This document shows, in pieces, positions 16,832-27,900 of a stretch of 64,000 nucleotides of DNA. This stretch comes from Desulfatiglandales bacterium (lineage in GTDB: Bacteria > Desulfobacterota > DSM-4660 > Desulfatiglandales > Desulfatiglandaceae): contig OY759599.1 in NCBI GenBank assembly GCA_963662465.1, forward strand, positions 5,728,001 through 5,792,000, written 5' to 3'. The translations under genes were made by a program, and so were the position numbers. A model generated the notes under the pieces. That model was not told where the DNA came from, searched no databases, and saw only the letters and a program-made list of their open reading frames with translations. The first letter of the stretch is position 1. The number at the start of each line of letters is the position of its first letter.

Positions 16832-18142
16832 ATGCGAACCGAGATTGTTCACATCGGCGCCAGCGAATTGACCTATGAAATCAGAGAGATCATGCAGGTG
16901 GTGGAAAAATTGACGGACATGGGTCTTAAGGTCACCCTGGAGAACATCGGGGACCCCGTGGCCAAGGGTGAAAGAATTCCCAAATGGTTAAAAGGGATTA
17001 TCGCGGATCTGGCCATGGAAGACGACTCCTACGCTTACAGTGCTACCTTGGGCGTATTGGAAACGCGGGAGTATCTGGCGGCCAAAACCAACCGTAAAAA
17101 CGGGGTCCATGTGGACCGGAAAGATATCCTTTTTTTTAATGGTCTCGGGGATGCCATCACCAAGGTGTACGGCTTCCTGCGCCGTACCGCCAGGGTCATT
17201 ACCCCGACACCCACCTACACGACCCATTCGTCCTCGGAAGCCGCCCATGCGGGGCTCCCCCCCGTGTGCTATCCACTCAATCCCCGGAATCAGTGGTATC
17301 CGGACGTGGTGGAATTGCGGCGGCGGGTCAAATACAATCCCGCCGTGTCCGCCATCCTGATCATCAATCCGGACAACCCCACGGGAATGGTCTACCCGGA
17401 GAACATCCTGGCGGAAATCGTTTCCATTGCCCGAGATTTCGATCTGTTTATCATCGCGGACGAAATTTACCAGAATCTCATTTATAACGGCCATCAAAGC
17501 AAATCTCTGTCCGAAGTGATCGGAGATGTGCCGGGCATTTCCATGAAAGGCATTTCAAAGGAGGTTCCCTGGCCGGGAGGTCGTTGCGGATGGATGGAAG
17601 TCTACAATGCGGACAAGGACCCCATGTTTGCCGACTACATCAAAAGCATCGTCAATGCGAAAATGGTGGAGGTCTGTTCCACGACACTCCCGCAAAAGGC
17701 CATCCCCAGGATTTTTGAACATCCCGCCTACGCGGACCATCTCGTGAAACGCCGCGGGCGCTATGAACATTTTTCAGAAATTGCTTATGAAAAACTGAAA
17801 GGCATCCCCGGCATTATGGTCAACCGGACCAATGGCGCTTTCTATATGACCGTGGTTTTCGAAGAAGGGAGGATAAACCAACACCAGACCCTGCCCATTG
17901 CCGATGTCAAAGTTCGGGAACTGATCGAAAATTTAACCACCACCGGTAAAAAGATGCAGCCGGACAAGCGCTTTGTCTATTACCTGCTGGGGGCAACGGG
18001 TATTTGCTTGGTTCCACTGACCTCTTTCAGTTCTGATTTGCAGGGATTTCGGATAACCCTGCTGGAAACCGACGAAGCCAAATTTACCAAAACCTTTGAT
18101 ATCCTTTCGGAGAACATCAAACGATATCTGGCATCGGAATAA
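16832..18142 (+). CDS. alaA: PLP-dependent class I/II aminotransferase, AlaA (alanine transaminase)-like
   Basis: TYEIRE, ENIGDP, INPDNPTG, ADEIY, GISKEVPWPGGRCGW; SD GGAGG before ATG 16832; substrate is inferred. Confidence 0.8.
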   Translation: MRTEIVHIGASELTYEIREIMQVVEKLTDMGLKVTLENIGDPVAKGERIPKWLKGIIADLAMEDDSYAYSATLGVLETREYLAAKTNRKNGVHVDRKDILFFNGLGDAITKVYGFLRRTARVITPTPTYTTHSSSEAAHAGLPPVCYPLNPRNQWYPDVVELRRRVKYNPAVSAILIINPDNPTGMVYPENILAEIVSIARDFDLFIIADEIYQNLIYNGHQSKSLSEVIGDVPGISMKGISKEVPWPGGRCGWMEVYNADKDPMFADYIKSIVNAKMVEVCSTTLPQKAIPRIFEHPAYADHLVKRRGRYEHFSEIAYEKLKGIPGIMVNRTNGAFYMTVVFEEGRINQHQTLPIADVKVRELIENLTTTGKKMQPDKRFVYYLLGATGICLVPLTSFSSDLQGFRITLLETDEAKFTKTFDILSENIKRYLASE

Positions 18143-18157
18143 TGCCCAAGGACACCA

Positions 18158-18697
18158 TCAGGGCACGTAGAGGATGACCAGCAGCTCGGCATCCACTTCG
18201 CCGGGGTTGGAAAGATGATGATCAACGTTGGCATTAAAACGATAGGACTCTTTTTGACTCAGGCGGTGTTTTTCCTTGTCCACGAGAAGCGTGACTTCTC
18301 CTGAAACCACATACACAAACTCCTCGCCCTCATGCTGATAGCCGACCCCTTCGTGTTCTGTTCTGGGGGGAATGGTCACGGAAAAAGCCATCAAGTGCTT
18401 ATCGGCTTCGGCCGGTGTGAGGGTTCTGTATGAATAGGCCTGGGTCCGTTTGGCGGCTTCCTTCAGGCGTCTTTCGGGCGAATCATCCATCAAGAGGAAC
18501 GCCCCGGCATCAAGGTTCATGGTTTTGGCGATCTGGAGCAGAAGGGCAACAGGGGGTTCCACCTGCCCATTCTCAACCCATTCCAGATACTCGTCCGAGC
18601 AACCCACCCGGCCGGCCAGTTCGGATAGGTCAATGCCTCTTTCCTGACGCGCCGTTTTAATCCGCCCTCCCACGGGCATGATATCTTCGTTTGTCAT
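18158..18697 (-). CDS. XRE-family HTH + cupin transcriptional regulator
   Basis: N-terminal HTH (LSELAGRVGCS..YLEWVENG), cupin HEGEEFVYVVSG...DHHLSN. Confidence 0.9.
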   Translation of the reverse strand: MTNEDIMPVGGRIKTARQERGIDLSELAGRVGCSDEYLEWVENGQVEPPVALLLQIAKTMNLDAGAFLLMDDSPERRLKEAAKRTQAYSYRTLTPAEADKHLMAFSVTIPPRTEHEGVGYQHEGEEFVYVVSGEVTLLVDKEKHRLSQKESYRFNANVDHHLSNPGEVDAELLVILYVP

Positions 18698-18716
18698 TTC
18701 CTGATATCCTTATCTA

Positions 18717-18745
18717 GTGCCTGAACGAAAACCTTGTTCAGGCAC
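18717..18745. terminator. Hairpin downstream of glgB
   Basis: GTGCCTGAAC-N9-GTTCAGGCAC; no clear U-tract on the minus strand. Confidence 0.35.
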
Positions 18746-18785
18746 GGTTTTAAGTTTTAAGTAAAAAAACGAAACCATATCATCG

Positions 18786-20858
18786 CTACCGCTCTTCATT
18801 TCCAGAATTATAGGGCCCAGGTTCTTCGGTGTCAATGGCCTTTGCAAGCACCAGCACCGTGCGCGTGGGAAGATAGAGGCTCAAAGCGTGCCTGTTTTCC
18901 CCCGTTGTTTCGAAAGCGGTAAAATGCCGCTGACCCCGGCGCAACCGGCCGTGACCGCCGTATTCCAGTGCGTCGCTATCCATGATCATCCGATATTCGC
19001 CCGGGGCCATTTCAATGGGATAATCCTTATGGGAACAGGTGGGATGAAAATTGAAGACAAACACCAGCCCGCCCCGCTCAAATGCCAGGACCTTGTGATC
19101 GGAATGTTCGAGCAAAAGGTGTGGCCCCGTCGAACCCAGAAGACGGAAAGCCTTGGCCAGCGCAATCATATGACGATCAAATCGCCCCAAAACCCCATAT
19201 CTCAAATCCGGATTGTCCACGAGGCCCCATTGCCGTCTGGCATGTTCGTAGGACCACCCATTTCCCTCCCGGGGAAAATCAATCCAATCCGGATGTCCGA
19301 ACTCATTGCCCATGAAATTGAGATAACCGTTACCGGCGGTCACAAGCGTAATGAATCTCAGCAACTTGTGAAGGGCCATTCCCCTGTCCACAACCAGGCT
19401 ATCGCCGCCCACCTGCATGTGGTCATAAAGGGCCGATCCCATAAGCCGCAATATCAGGGTCTTATCCCCCACCAGGGCCTGATCATGACTCTCGGCATAA
19501 CCGATGGTTTTTTCATCCATCCTTCGATTGGTCAACTCGTACCACATCTCTCCCAGGGGCCAGTCTTCATCCAGCCGTTCTTTCAGGATTTTGATCCAGA
19601 AATCCGGGACGCCCATGGCCAGTCGATAATCAAATCCCATACCGCCCGCTTCCCTGGGCGCGGCCAGGCCCGGCATGCCGCTGATATCCTCGGCGATGGT
19701 GACGGCACTGGGTCGGATATTATGAATCAGTTCATTAGCCAGGGTCAGATAGGTGAGGGCGTCCTCGTCCACGGCGTCGTTAAAATAATCGGCATAGGAG
19801 ATGAAGGCTTTTCCCAACCCATGATGACGGTAAAGCATACTGGTAATGCCGTCAAAACGGAACCCGTCAAAATGATATTCATCCAGCCAGAATCGGCAGT
19901 TGGAAAGGAGAAAGTGGATCACCTGGGGTTTCGCGTAATTAAAACAGCGGGACCCCCAGGCCTCATGGGTTCCCCGCGCCCCTTCATGAAAATACTGGTA
20001 CGATGTTCCGTCGAAACGACTCAACCCCTCCACTTCATTAGCCACTGCATGGGAATGAACCAGGTCCATAATCACGGACAGACCTAAATCATGGGCGTGG
20101 TCAATCAGGGCCTTCAGGTCTTCCGGAGAACCAAATCGGGATGATGCGGCAAAAAAGCTGGAGACATGATAGCCGAAGGAAGCATAATAGGGATGCTCCT
20201 GAATGCCCATCAGTTGCAGGGCATTATATCCCGCCTCAACAACCCTCGGCAGGATGTACTCGGTAAATTCACGATATGAGCCGACTTTTTTTTCTTCCTG
20301 GGCCATGCCCACATGGGCCTCATAGATAAAAACAGGCCCCGGAGCGGGAACAAAATCATTGGCCGCCCACCGGTAGGATTCAGGTGGAAACCACACCTGG
20401 GCATTGAAGATGAGGGACTCCGGATCCTGCACCACCCGCCTGGCATAGGCGGGAATACGGTCCCCTTCCCCGCCTTTCCAGTGCATGCGAAGCCTGTAAT
20501 GCATTTTGTGAACAAGAATTTCAGCCGGAAACCTAATTTCCCAAACGCCTTCTTGATCAATTCTTTCAAGTTCGAAGGTCTTTGTTTCCCGCCAATCCGT
20601 CATGTCGCCCACAAAAAAGAGAGCCGTTGCATTGGGCGCCCATTCCCGAAAGACCCAGTGGTCCCCGCGAAAATGAAGCCCGAAGAATTCGTGACCCGAT
20701 GCAAAATCCCCCAGACCGATCTTTCCCCCCCGGGTCAGGCGGAGAGCTGCCAGATCCACATGCCGCATTCGCGTCTGAATAATTTCCTCGTAAGGCCGCA
20801 GATACGGATCATTCCGCAATTCGCAATCCGCAATTCGCAATGTCTTTTTTTCAGTCAT
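18786..20858 (-). CDS. glgB: 1,4-alpha-glucan branching enzyme (GH13_8-like)
   Basis: FREWAPNA, IYEAHVGM, FDGFRFDGITSM, IAEDISG, YAESHDQALVGDKT, FMGNEFGHPDWIDFPR. Confidence 0.93.
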   Translation of the reverse strand: MTEKKTLRIADCELRNDPYLRPYEEIIQTRMRHVDLAALRLTRGGKIGLGDFASGHEFFGLHFRGDHWVFREWAPNATALFFVGDMTDWRETKTFELERIDQEGVWEIRFPAEILVHKMHYRLRMHWKGGEGDRIPAYARRVVQDPESLIFNAQVWFPPESYRWAANDFVPAPGPVFIYEAHVGMAQEEKKVGSYREFTEYILPRVVEAGYNALQLMGIQEHPYYASFGYHVSSFFAASSRFGSPEDLKALIDHAHDLGLSVIMDLVHSHAVANEVEGLSRFDGTSYQYFHEGARGTHEAWGSRCFNYAKPQVIHFLLSNCRFWLDEYHFDGFRFDGITSMLYRHHGLGKAFISYADYFNDAVDEDALTYLTLANELIHNIRPSAVTIAEDISGMPGLAAPREAGGMGFDYRLAMGVPDFWIKILKERLDEDWPLGEMWYELTNRRMDEKTIGYAESHDQALVGDKTLILRLMGSALYDHMQVGGDSLVVDRGMALHKLLRFITLVTAGNGYLNFMGNEFGHPDWIDFPREGNGWSYEHARRQWGLVDNPDLRYGVLGRFDRHMIALAKAFRLLGSTGPHLLLEHSDHKVLAFERGGLVFVFNFHPTCSHKDYPIEMAPGEYRMIMDSDALEYGGHGRLRRGQRHFTAFETTGENRHALSLYLPTRTVLVLAKAIDTEEPGPYNSGNEER

Positions 20859-22365
20859 TGATCAAGGGCCGCTCCAGCATCCGTTCGTAAAGATCCATAT
20901 ACCGGCGCGCGGTAACGGAATGATTAAAGGTGGCCATACCCTCTCTCATCACCCGGGCGATTTCCCTGTTTTTCACATCCCCGGGGAGATTATGGAACGA
21001 AACCGCCTGGTCAATGGCCCACGACAAACCGTTGGGGTCGAAGGTCTCAAACAAAAAACCGTTTCCCGTTCCACGATCCACATTCATGTGAACCACGGTG
21101 TCGTGAATGCCGCCCGTATCATGGGCAACCGGCAGGGATCCGTAAATGGGGCCGATCATCTGGGGAAGACCACACGGTTCAAACAATGACGGCATCAGCA
21201 CAAAATCAGACGCGCCATAGGCCAGACGGGAAAGCGTTTCATCAAAATCGCAAATGGCCACCCGGTCCGGCAGATGATGATGCCAGCTGATCTCACGAAA
21301 AATATTTTTAGACTCACCGTCCGCCACAAATACGATCTGCAAGTGTCGATCCCAGTACCGATTCACCACATCATACAAAATATGGGCCAGGAGCCCACAG
21401 CCTTTTTGAACCGTGTCCAACCGCGACGGCCAGAAAAAGAGGGGGGCATCATCGTCCTCAAAAAGTCCCAGGGCCCTCTGGAGCGCCCTTTTGTTTTCCC
21501 TCTTCCCCACCCCATGGGTGTTTGCATCATATTTGCAGTTTAATCTTCTGTCCAGTTTGGGATCGAAGGTCGGATCCGGGGCATTGGTAATCCCCGCGGC
21601 GCATCCTGCTTCATATTTGGCGGTCAGTTCTTTTCGAAGGGATTCTTTGACAAAATCATGCTGTCCGCCGACAATTTCAGCCAAAAATGTCTCGCTCACG
21701 GTGTTGACAAAATGCGCGGCAAAAACACCGCTCGCCAGAAAATCCACCTGATTATGTCGACGCACCTGCTCGTAATCGGAAGGGTAACCATCATAGAAAA
21801 GGTGTTTCCAGAAAGATGCCGCATCAATACCCTGATCTTCAATGTAATGCATCGGACGCTGTAGGGTATGGATGTTGTGAATGGTAAAAAGACAGGGTAT
21901 TTCCTGCTGCCTGGCCATGGCTGGAATCAGGCCGGTCATCCAGTCGTTGCAGTGAATCAGGTCAGGTTGCACTCGCGGAACAATGTTGTTGATCACTTCC
22001 CGTTGAAACGCCAGCGAAATTTTTGCGTTTTCATCCCCGTAATCGGAATATACCCGGTTCAGATAAAAAAAAGCGCGGTCTTCGGCCAGGTGAATTCGTT
22101 CAGCGGGCATTTTCCGCCGAATGGCATCCAGCTTCTTGATTTGAAGAGGCGCAATGCCGGCGCCGAACATACTTCGATAATCGGGCAACGCCACGTGAAT
22201 ATCGGCCCCCTCTTCAAACAGAGCGCTGATAAGGGTGGCTGAGACATCGGCGAGTCCCCCCGCCTTGGCCGAAAGATTATCCGCAATATCCCCCATCCCC
22301 TTGGGGAGGTACGTCACTTCAGGTGTAACCAGGAGAATGGTGGGGTTGGCCTGAAACGTACTCAT
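20851..22365 (-). CDS. glgA: Glycogen/starch synthase (GT5)
   Basis: KAGGLADV, HCNDW, TIHN, PSLFEPCGLPQM, DTGGIHDTV; SD AGGAG before ATG 22365. Confidence 0.9.
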   Translation of the reverse strand: MSTFQANPTILLVTPEVTYLPKGMGDIADNLSAKAGGLADVSATLISALFEEGADIHVALPDYRSMFGAGIAPLQIKKLDAIRRKMPAERIHLAEDRAFFYLNRVYSDYGDENAKISLAFQREVINNIVPRVQPDLIHCNDWMTGLIPAMARQQEIPCLFTIHNIHTLQRPMHYIEDQGIDAASFWKHLFYDGYPSDYEQVRRHNQVDFLASGVFAAHFVNTVSETFLAEIVGGQHDFVKESLRKELTAKYEAGCAAGITNAPDPTFDPKLDRRLNCKYDANTHGVGKRENKRALQRALGLFEDDDAPLFFWPSRLDTVQKGCGLLAHILYDVVNRYWDRHLQIVFVADGESKNIFREISWHHHLPDRVAICDFDETLSRLAYGASDFVLMPSLFEPCGLPQMIGPIYGSLPVAHDTGGIHDTVVHMNVDRGTGNGFLFETFDPNGLSWAIDQAVSFHNLPGDVKNREIARVMREGMATFNHSVTARRYMDLYERMLERPLIND

Positions 22366-22369
22366 AAGC

Positions 22370-24946
22370 CTATGGCTCCTTTTCAAACCGTGCCCAGGTG
22401 GTAAAGCCGGGCGTATTTTTGATGAGATCATCGCCTTGGGGCGTTACCCGGGCCGAAAAACCATATTGGCCCGACGACTGGCAGGTTAAATCACAGGTGT
22501 ACAGGTATGACCCATTGCCTTTGTTTTCTCTCACCGTCATCAATTCGGTGCGACTTTCTGAAATATGGTCAAGGGATTGAACGCTTCCATGATAGAGTTC
22601 CACATGGACCTCATCGGGGGTCAACTCCCCAAGATGCACCAGGGCTGTAACGGGAAACACGTCCCCCACACGGATGGGATTGGTACTAGTCCTCTCGCAC
22701 ACGGGCGGTGAAATTACAATATCGCCCCATTTGGAACGATACCGCTCACGAAGGTCCGCCATTTTTTGTGCCCCCGCCGCATTCTGATCCAACAGCTCGC
22801 CATATCTCCGGGAGGCCCTGGCATAGAATCTTTTCTCATACTCTTCCACCATCCGAAGGCTTGAAAAATCGGACAAAATCATTTTCATGGATGCCTTCAT
22901 CATCTTGACCCACCGAAAGGGCACCGAACCGCCCTCTCTGTCGTAAAAACATGGAATCACTTCGTTTTCCAAGACGTTGTAGAGGGCATGGCTGTCCACC
23001 AGATCCGTATCGGAATGTTCTTCATAATCCTCGCCCTTTCCGATGGCCCAGCCGGTCTCCTTTGTGTATCCTTCGCACCACCAGCCGTCCAGAATGCTCA
23101 CATTCAAAACACCGTTTACCGCCGCTTTCATGCCGGACGTACCGCAGGCCTCAAAGGGCCGCCTCGGCGTATTCAGCCAGATATCGGCCCCCTGGACCAG
23201 GAGCCTGGCAATATGAATGTCATAGTCTTCCAAAAAAACAATTTTACGGCGTAACCGCTCATCGGATGCATGCTTGAAGATGTGTCGAATGATCGCTTTA
23301 CCCTCTTCATCCATGGGATGCGCCTTTCCCGCATAAATAATCTGTACCGGACGGTTCTTGTTGTCGAGAATTTCGCTCAGGCGATCCAGATCACGAAGGA
23401 AAAGATTGGCCCGTTTGTAGGTGGCAAAACGGCGGGCAAAGGCAATGGTCAACACATCCTCGTCCAAAACCGTTTCAGCCGCTTCCACCACATTCCTCGG
23501 CGCATTTCTCCGCTCACACTGTTTTTTGAGCAAAACCCTGCAATTCTCAATCAAACGATTTCGGTATCGTTTGTGCGCTTCCCATAGATCCACATCACTA
23601 ATGCCGTCAATTTCATTCAAGCTCTGCCCCTTCCAAGAATAGCGGTGCCAGTTCATCCCCAGTCGCTCTTGAAAAAGCATGGCGTTGTCCCGGGATATGA
23701 AAGAAGGAATATGGATGCCGTTTGTGACATGCCCGATGGGGATCTCCGCTTCGGGCCGTTCGGGCCAGACATTCCGCCACATGCGTCTCGCTACCTGACC
23801 ATGGAGTTCGCTGACGCCATTCATGTACTGGCTCATCCGCAAGCCCAAAATAAACATGGAGAGCTTGCTCTCTTTCCCAGCCCCTTCGTGCTGTCCCCAG
23901 AACAGAATTTCATCCGTGGAAACGCCCAATCGTGCCTCAAATTGATGCAGATAGGGTCTGACCATCTCCGGTGCAAACTCATCATGTCCCGCGGGAACCG
24001 GCGTGTGGGTGGTAAAGACCGTGGTGCGGGGAATAATTTCCCTGGCCGTTCGAAGGTCAACGCCTGAAACCTCCCTCATCTGCGCCAGCCGTTCCAGGGA
24101 GGAAAATACCGGATGCCCCTCATTCATATGAAAAGCCCTGGGTCGAATCCCCATGGCCTTCAAGGCCTGAACGCCGCCGATTCCCAGCAGAATCTCCTGG
24201 GCAAGGCGAACCGATGAGTCCGCGACATACAGCCTGGCGGTAATATCCCGAATATGGGGGGGATTCTCGCGCAAATTGGTGTCCAGCAGATAAAGGGGAA
24301 TGCGGCCCACGGAAACTTTCCAGACCACGGCCCGGATATCCTCCGTCGGCCCGGGAATCGTGATGAGTATTTCATGACCCTGTTCATCACGAATTTTTTC
24401 CAGGGGAAGATGGTACAGATCCGTGTCGAGATACTCCTCAAGCTGCCACCCGTCCTTGTTGATGCGCTGATGAAAGTATCCCTGCCGATAAAAAAGGCCT
24501 ACCCCCACAAGGGGTAAATTCAGGACGGAAGCCGCCTTGAGGTGGTCGCCGGCGAGAATCCCCAGCCCCCCCGCAAAAATGGGAATGGTTTCGTGAATGC
24601 CGAACTCCATGGAAAAGTAGGCAATATCGCCTTCCCGTTCATATGCCGCTCCGGGTTCAGCTGTAAATGGCGTTTTTACCCTTGTCTCAAAAAGCGCCTT
24701 TACGCGGGCCTGGTGGTCCAGAAATCCGGGATCCGTTGCCAGGGCCTCGAGTCGTCTTTGCGGTACATTGGCCAGGAGTAGAACCGGATTCCGGCCGGAA
24801 TTTTCCCAGAGCTCCCAACCGATGCGGCGAAACAACTCTTTGGCATCCTGCTCCCAGCTCCACCAGTAATTTCGGGACAGGGTCTCAAGAAAAGAAAGGG
24901 GCTCGGGAATATTCGGCAACACCTGAAAAGTTTCAAAATGGTCCAT
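22370..24946 (-). CDS. glgP: Alpha-glucan phosphorylase (GT35)
   Basis: YFSMEFG, GGLGILAGD, HMNEGH, ARRFATYKRA, EACGTSGMK. Confidence 0.95.
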   Translation of the reverse strand: MDHFETFQVLPNIPEPLSFLETLSRNYWWSWEQDAKELFRRIGWELWENSGRNPVLLLANVPQRRLEALATDPGFLDHQARVKALFETRVKTPFTAEPGAAYEREGDIAYFSMEFGIHETIPIFAGGLGILAGDHLKAASVLNLPLVGVGLFYRQGYFHQRINKDGWQLEEYLDTDLYHLPLEKIRDEQGHEILITIPGPTEDIRAVVWKVSVGRIPLYLLDTNLRENPPHIRDITARLYVADSSVRLAQEILLGIGGVQALKAMGIRPRAFHMNEGHPVFSSLERLAQMREVSGVDLRTAREIIPRTTVFTTHTPVPAGHDEFAPEMVRPYLHQFEARLGVSTDEILFWGQHEGAGKESKLSMFILGLRMSQYMNGVSELHGQVARRMWRNVWPERPEAEIPIGHVTNGIHIPSFISRDNAMLFQERLGMNWHRYSWKGQSLNEIDGISDVDLWEAHKRYRNRLIENCRVLLKKQCERRNAPRNVVEAAETVLDEDVLTIAFARRFATYKRANLFLRDLDRLSEILDNKNRPVQIIYAGKAHPMDEEGKAIIRHIFKHASDERLRRKIVFLEDYDIHIARLLVQGADIWLNTPRRPFEACGTSGMKAAVNGVLNVSILDGWWCEGYTKETGWAIGKGEDYEEHSDTDLVDSHALYNVLENEVIPCFYDREGGSVPFRWVKMMKASMKMILSDFSSLRMVEEYEKRFYARASRRYGELLDQNAAGAQKMADLRERYRSKWGDIVISPPVCERTSTNPIRVGDVFPVTALVHLGELTPDEVHVELYHGSVQSLDHISESRTELMTVRENKGNGSYLYTCDLTCQSSGQYGFSARVTPQGDDLIKNTPGFTTWARFEKEP

Positions 24947-24986
24947 CTCTGTTTTACCTCATAAAAGGTTTTTTTTAATAAAGGAA

Positions 24987-27900
24987 TTACCGTTCCAGTT
25001 TTTTCCACACACGCAGCAATTCGCTGACGCCCCATGCCTGAGCGTCGCAGCCCCGTTGCACATGGGGAAAATCCCCATCCACAATTTCGGGAACCTGCCC
25101 CAGGCAGCCGCTGTTGATGAGCCCGATACTGCTGGAAAGCCATGACAGGGCTGTTTCCCGGGACGCGTCACCATAGGTTTCGGCCCATGCCTCGCAAAAG
25201 GAGGGAAAGGGCCATGTCCAGGCCGTGCCATTATGATATGCCGGCTTTCGACGGGTATCTTCATCACCCGCGTAAGTCCCCCAGTAAGGTCGGCTCGGAT
25301 CATTTAAAAGTTTGCCGGCGTGAACAACGGGAATGGGATAATTTACAGGACGATCGGCAAGGCTTCTGATGGCCCCCGGAACCAGGAGTTCTTCACAGGC
25401 CCTCAAGACTTGCCGGCAGAGGGTCGGGTCGCAAACGGCGCCCAGGGTAATGGTCAGTAATTGATTGGGCCTCAGGGCGTCATCCGGGGTTGCCGCCCTT
25501 GCGGGTACTCCCGGCGCCGCGTGAAGACAATCAGACAAATACCCCCCATCCACCCAAAACAGCTCCGAAATGGACTTGGAAACCCGGTTCGCCAAAGCCT
25601 GCCAGTCATGTTCCCCTTTTTCGCCATCTATCTCAAACAGGATTCTCAGGGCACGATACCAGAGGGCCTGAATCTCAATGGGATAACCCTCCCGGGGCGT
25701 TCCTGTTGGAAAATTGGTGTCCATCCAGGTAAAATGCGCGGGGCTGAAGATCAGTCCTGATTCAGGGTCCATTCGAACACCGTTTTGTGTGCCCCGAATC
25801 ATAAAACCACCGATGGATCGTAACACCTCACCGATGGTGCGTCCGCCTGCCTTGGCTTCCAGGAACGTATCACCGTCTTTTTCCAACAGATCGCCGCATG
25901 CCGTAAAAAACCAGAGGGCCGCGTCGGACGTATCCCGGTTCCCGGCATCCTCGCCATGAATCATGTTGGGCAGGGTGCCGTCTTTTTCAAATCGTCCAAA
26001 TTGCGTCAATACGGCCCTTGCATCCTCTGTTTTTCCCGCCGCCACAAGGCCCCTGACAAAAATCAGGGAATCCCGCCCCCAATCCAGAAACCATGGGTAT
26101 CCGGCAATGACCGTCTTCATGTCCCCACGCTTGACCACATAGTGATCGAGTGCCTCATGAAGAGATTGCGCCAATGATATGGGCTTTCTCCGGCCGACAA
26201 ATTCTTTCAAAACATCATGGTCGACCCGGTTTTCCTCCCAACAATCGGAATCGCCGTCATTTGAAACCCGCGCCATCAATTCAACCCATTGACCCCCTTC
26301 AAGAAATGAGGAAAAATAGCCCGGACTGAACAGGTCCGAATCCGGATCAAACCCCCGTTCCCCATCCATAATATGATGCACCATATATTGCCATTCCGAC
26401 GCCGGCTCAAAAATCCCCTTTGAGATGCAAACCGCAAGTTTTTGTTGGGGTCCGTTGGGCGAAAACCAAAAACCGTTTTTCCCGGACATGAGGGATACGG
26501 ACGCTGGAAAATGGGCGCCCGACCCCAAATAAGCCTTGGTGGATTCATGAAAGCTTCGCCACTCAACATCCGGCCTCAAAATAACCTCAACAGCCCTGTC
26601 ATCGGGAAGCCGCCCTTCCTCTTCTCCGGCGGATTCCCGATAAACAATCATTCGAATCTCATTTTTCTGAGCCGTCATTTCAAGGGACACACGGAGAAGC
26701 ACATGTCGTCCCTGACCGGTGGGGGTTCTAAAACGCCAGCATCCCCTGGAATGGCCGTCAAAACAAAAGGATTCAATGCTGGGGTCAAGCATGTCCTGGG
26801 AATGCCCCTGAAACTTCACCCAACCCCGACAACGGGTCAAAACAATCAATCGATCTTCAGGACAATTTGGATCCACGTTGGCGGCCAACAGGGCGTCATA
26901 ACGGCTGGGAAGCTGACCCCACCGGATGGGAGCGTGGATCATGGCGCCCCGGCCGTTTGTGCCCAGGAAAAGCAGGGGGCCGGAAGGCCACATGGCACGA
27001 TCAAGGCTCATTTCGACCAGCGCTTTTTCGGAGGGACACAGAAAAAGCAACGGGGCTGCGGCATGTCGGGTTTTTCCGGGACTGTAAACCGTTAGTTCAA
27101 GGGTTCGGGCCGTATGCTTCAAAGGCGTGGGTTGGGGCCTGAACAAAACGCAAAAGCGGCCGTCGTCCAGATTCAGAGATGTTTCCCAGGCCAGCACACG
27201 AGTGTTTTTCGGATCGACAATACGCGCCCGAAAAGCCGTATGGGATTCCACCAGCAGAAAATGACCCGGGGGAATCATGACCTCCCGGCGCTCGTCCGTG
27301 GGCCACATCCATCGAATAACCCGAGACGCATCACTTTGTGGGTTCAGTTGGCGGCAGAAATCCTCAGTATCCCGGGAAAATCGGGCAACCCATGCATCGA
27401 TGTCGAAGTCATTCAGATCCGAATTTTCATGATAATATAAATACGCATCCAGAACCTTGGCGCGTAATGCCTGTCGTTTGATTCTTTCAGGAATAGCAAA
27501 AGGCGGGTAGGCGCCCGGGTCGAGCAGTTCCATGTCCTTCTCAGTGGGTGTAAGACAAAAAACCCGGCCGGGTTTCAGCACAACACTATTGCCTCCATCC
27601 GTCCGGTTGATGGGCACTTTTTGGCCACTCAACAGATCCGTCAAGATCTCCCCCTGCCAGGGAATTTCTTCGGAATGCCAGGTAACGGATGTTTCCCTTT
27701 CATCGTCAAGATTTACCGCCACCAGAAGCCACTTTTCGGTCGGGTAATGATACCGCAGCATCACCACATAATTGCCCTGCTTGTGCTGTATCATTTTAAG
27801 CCGGGTTTGGTCATGAAATGCGGGATGTTTTTTCAGAAGAAGATTCAGCCGCGCAATAAAAGAAACCTGATTTCTTTCGGCCCCCCAGTTAAGCGAGGGG

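Noticed and set aside
18888..20087. Long antisense ORFs (this 399-aa one, also 35399-36601, 33543-34511, 9114-10064, 51721-52722)
   Set aside because: Fully overlap well-supported genes on the opposite strand and have no recognisable motifs.
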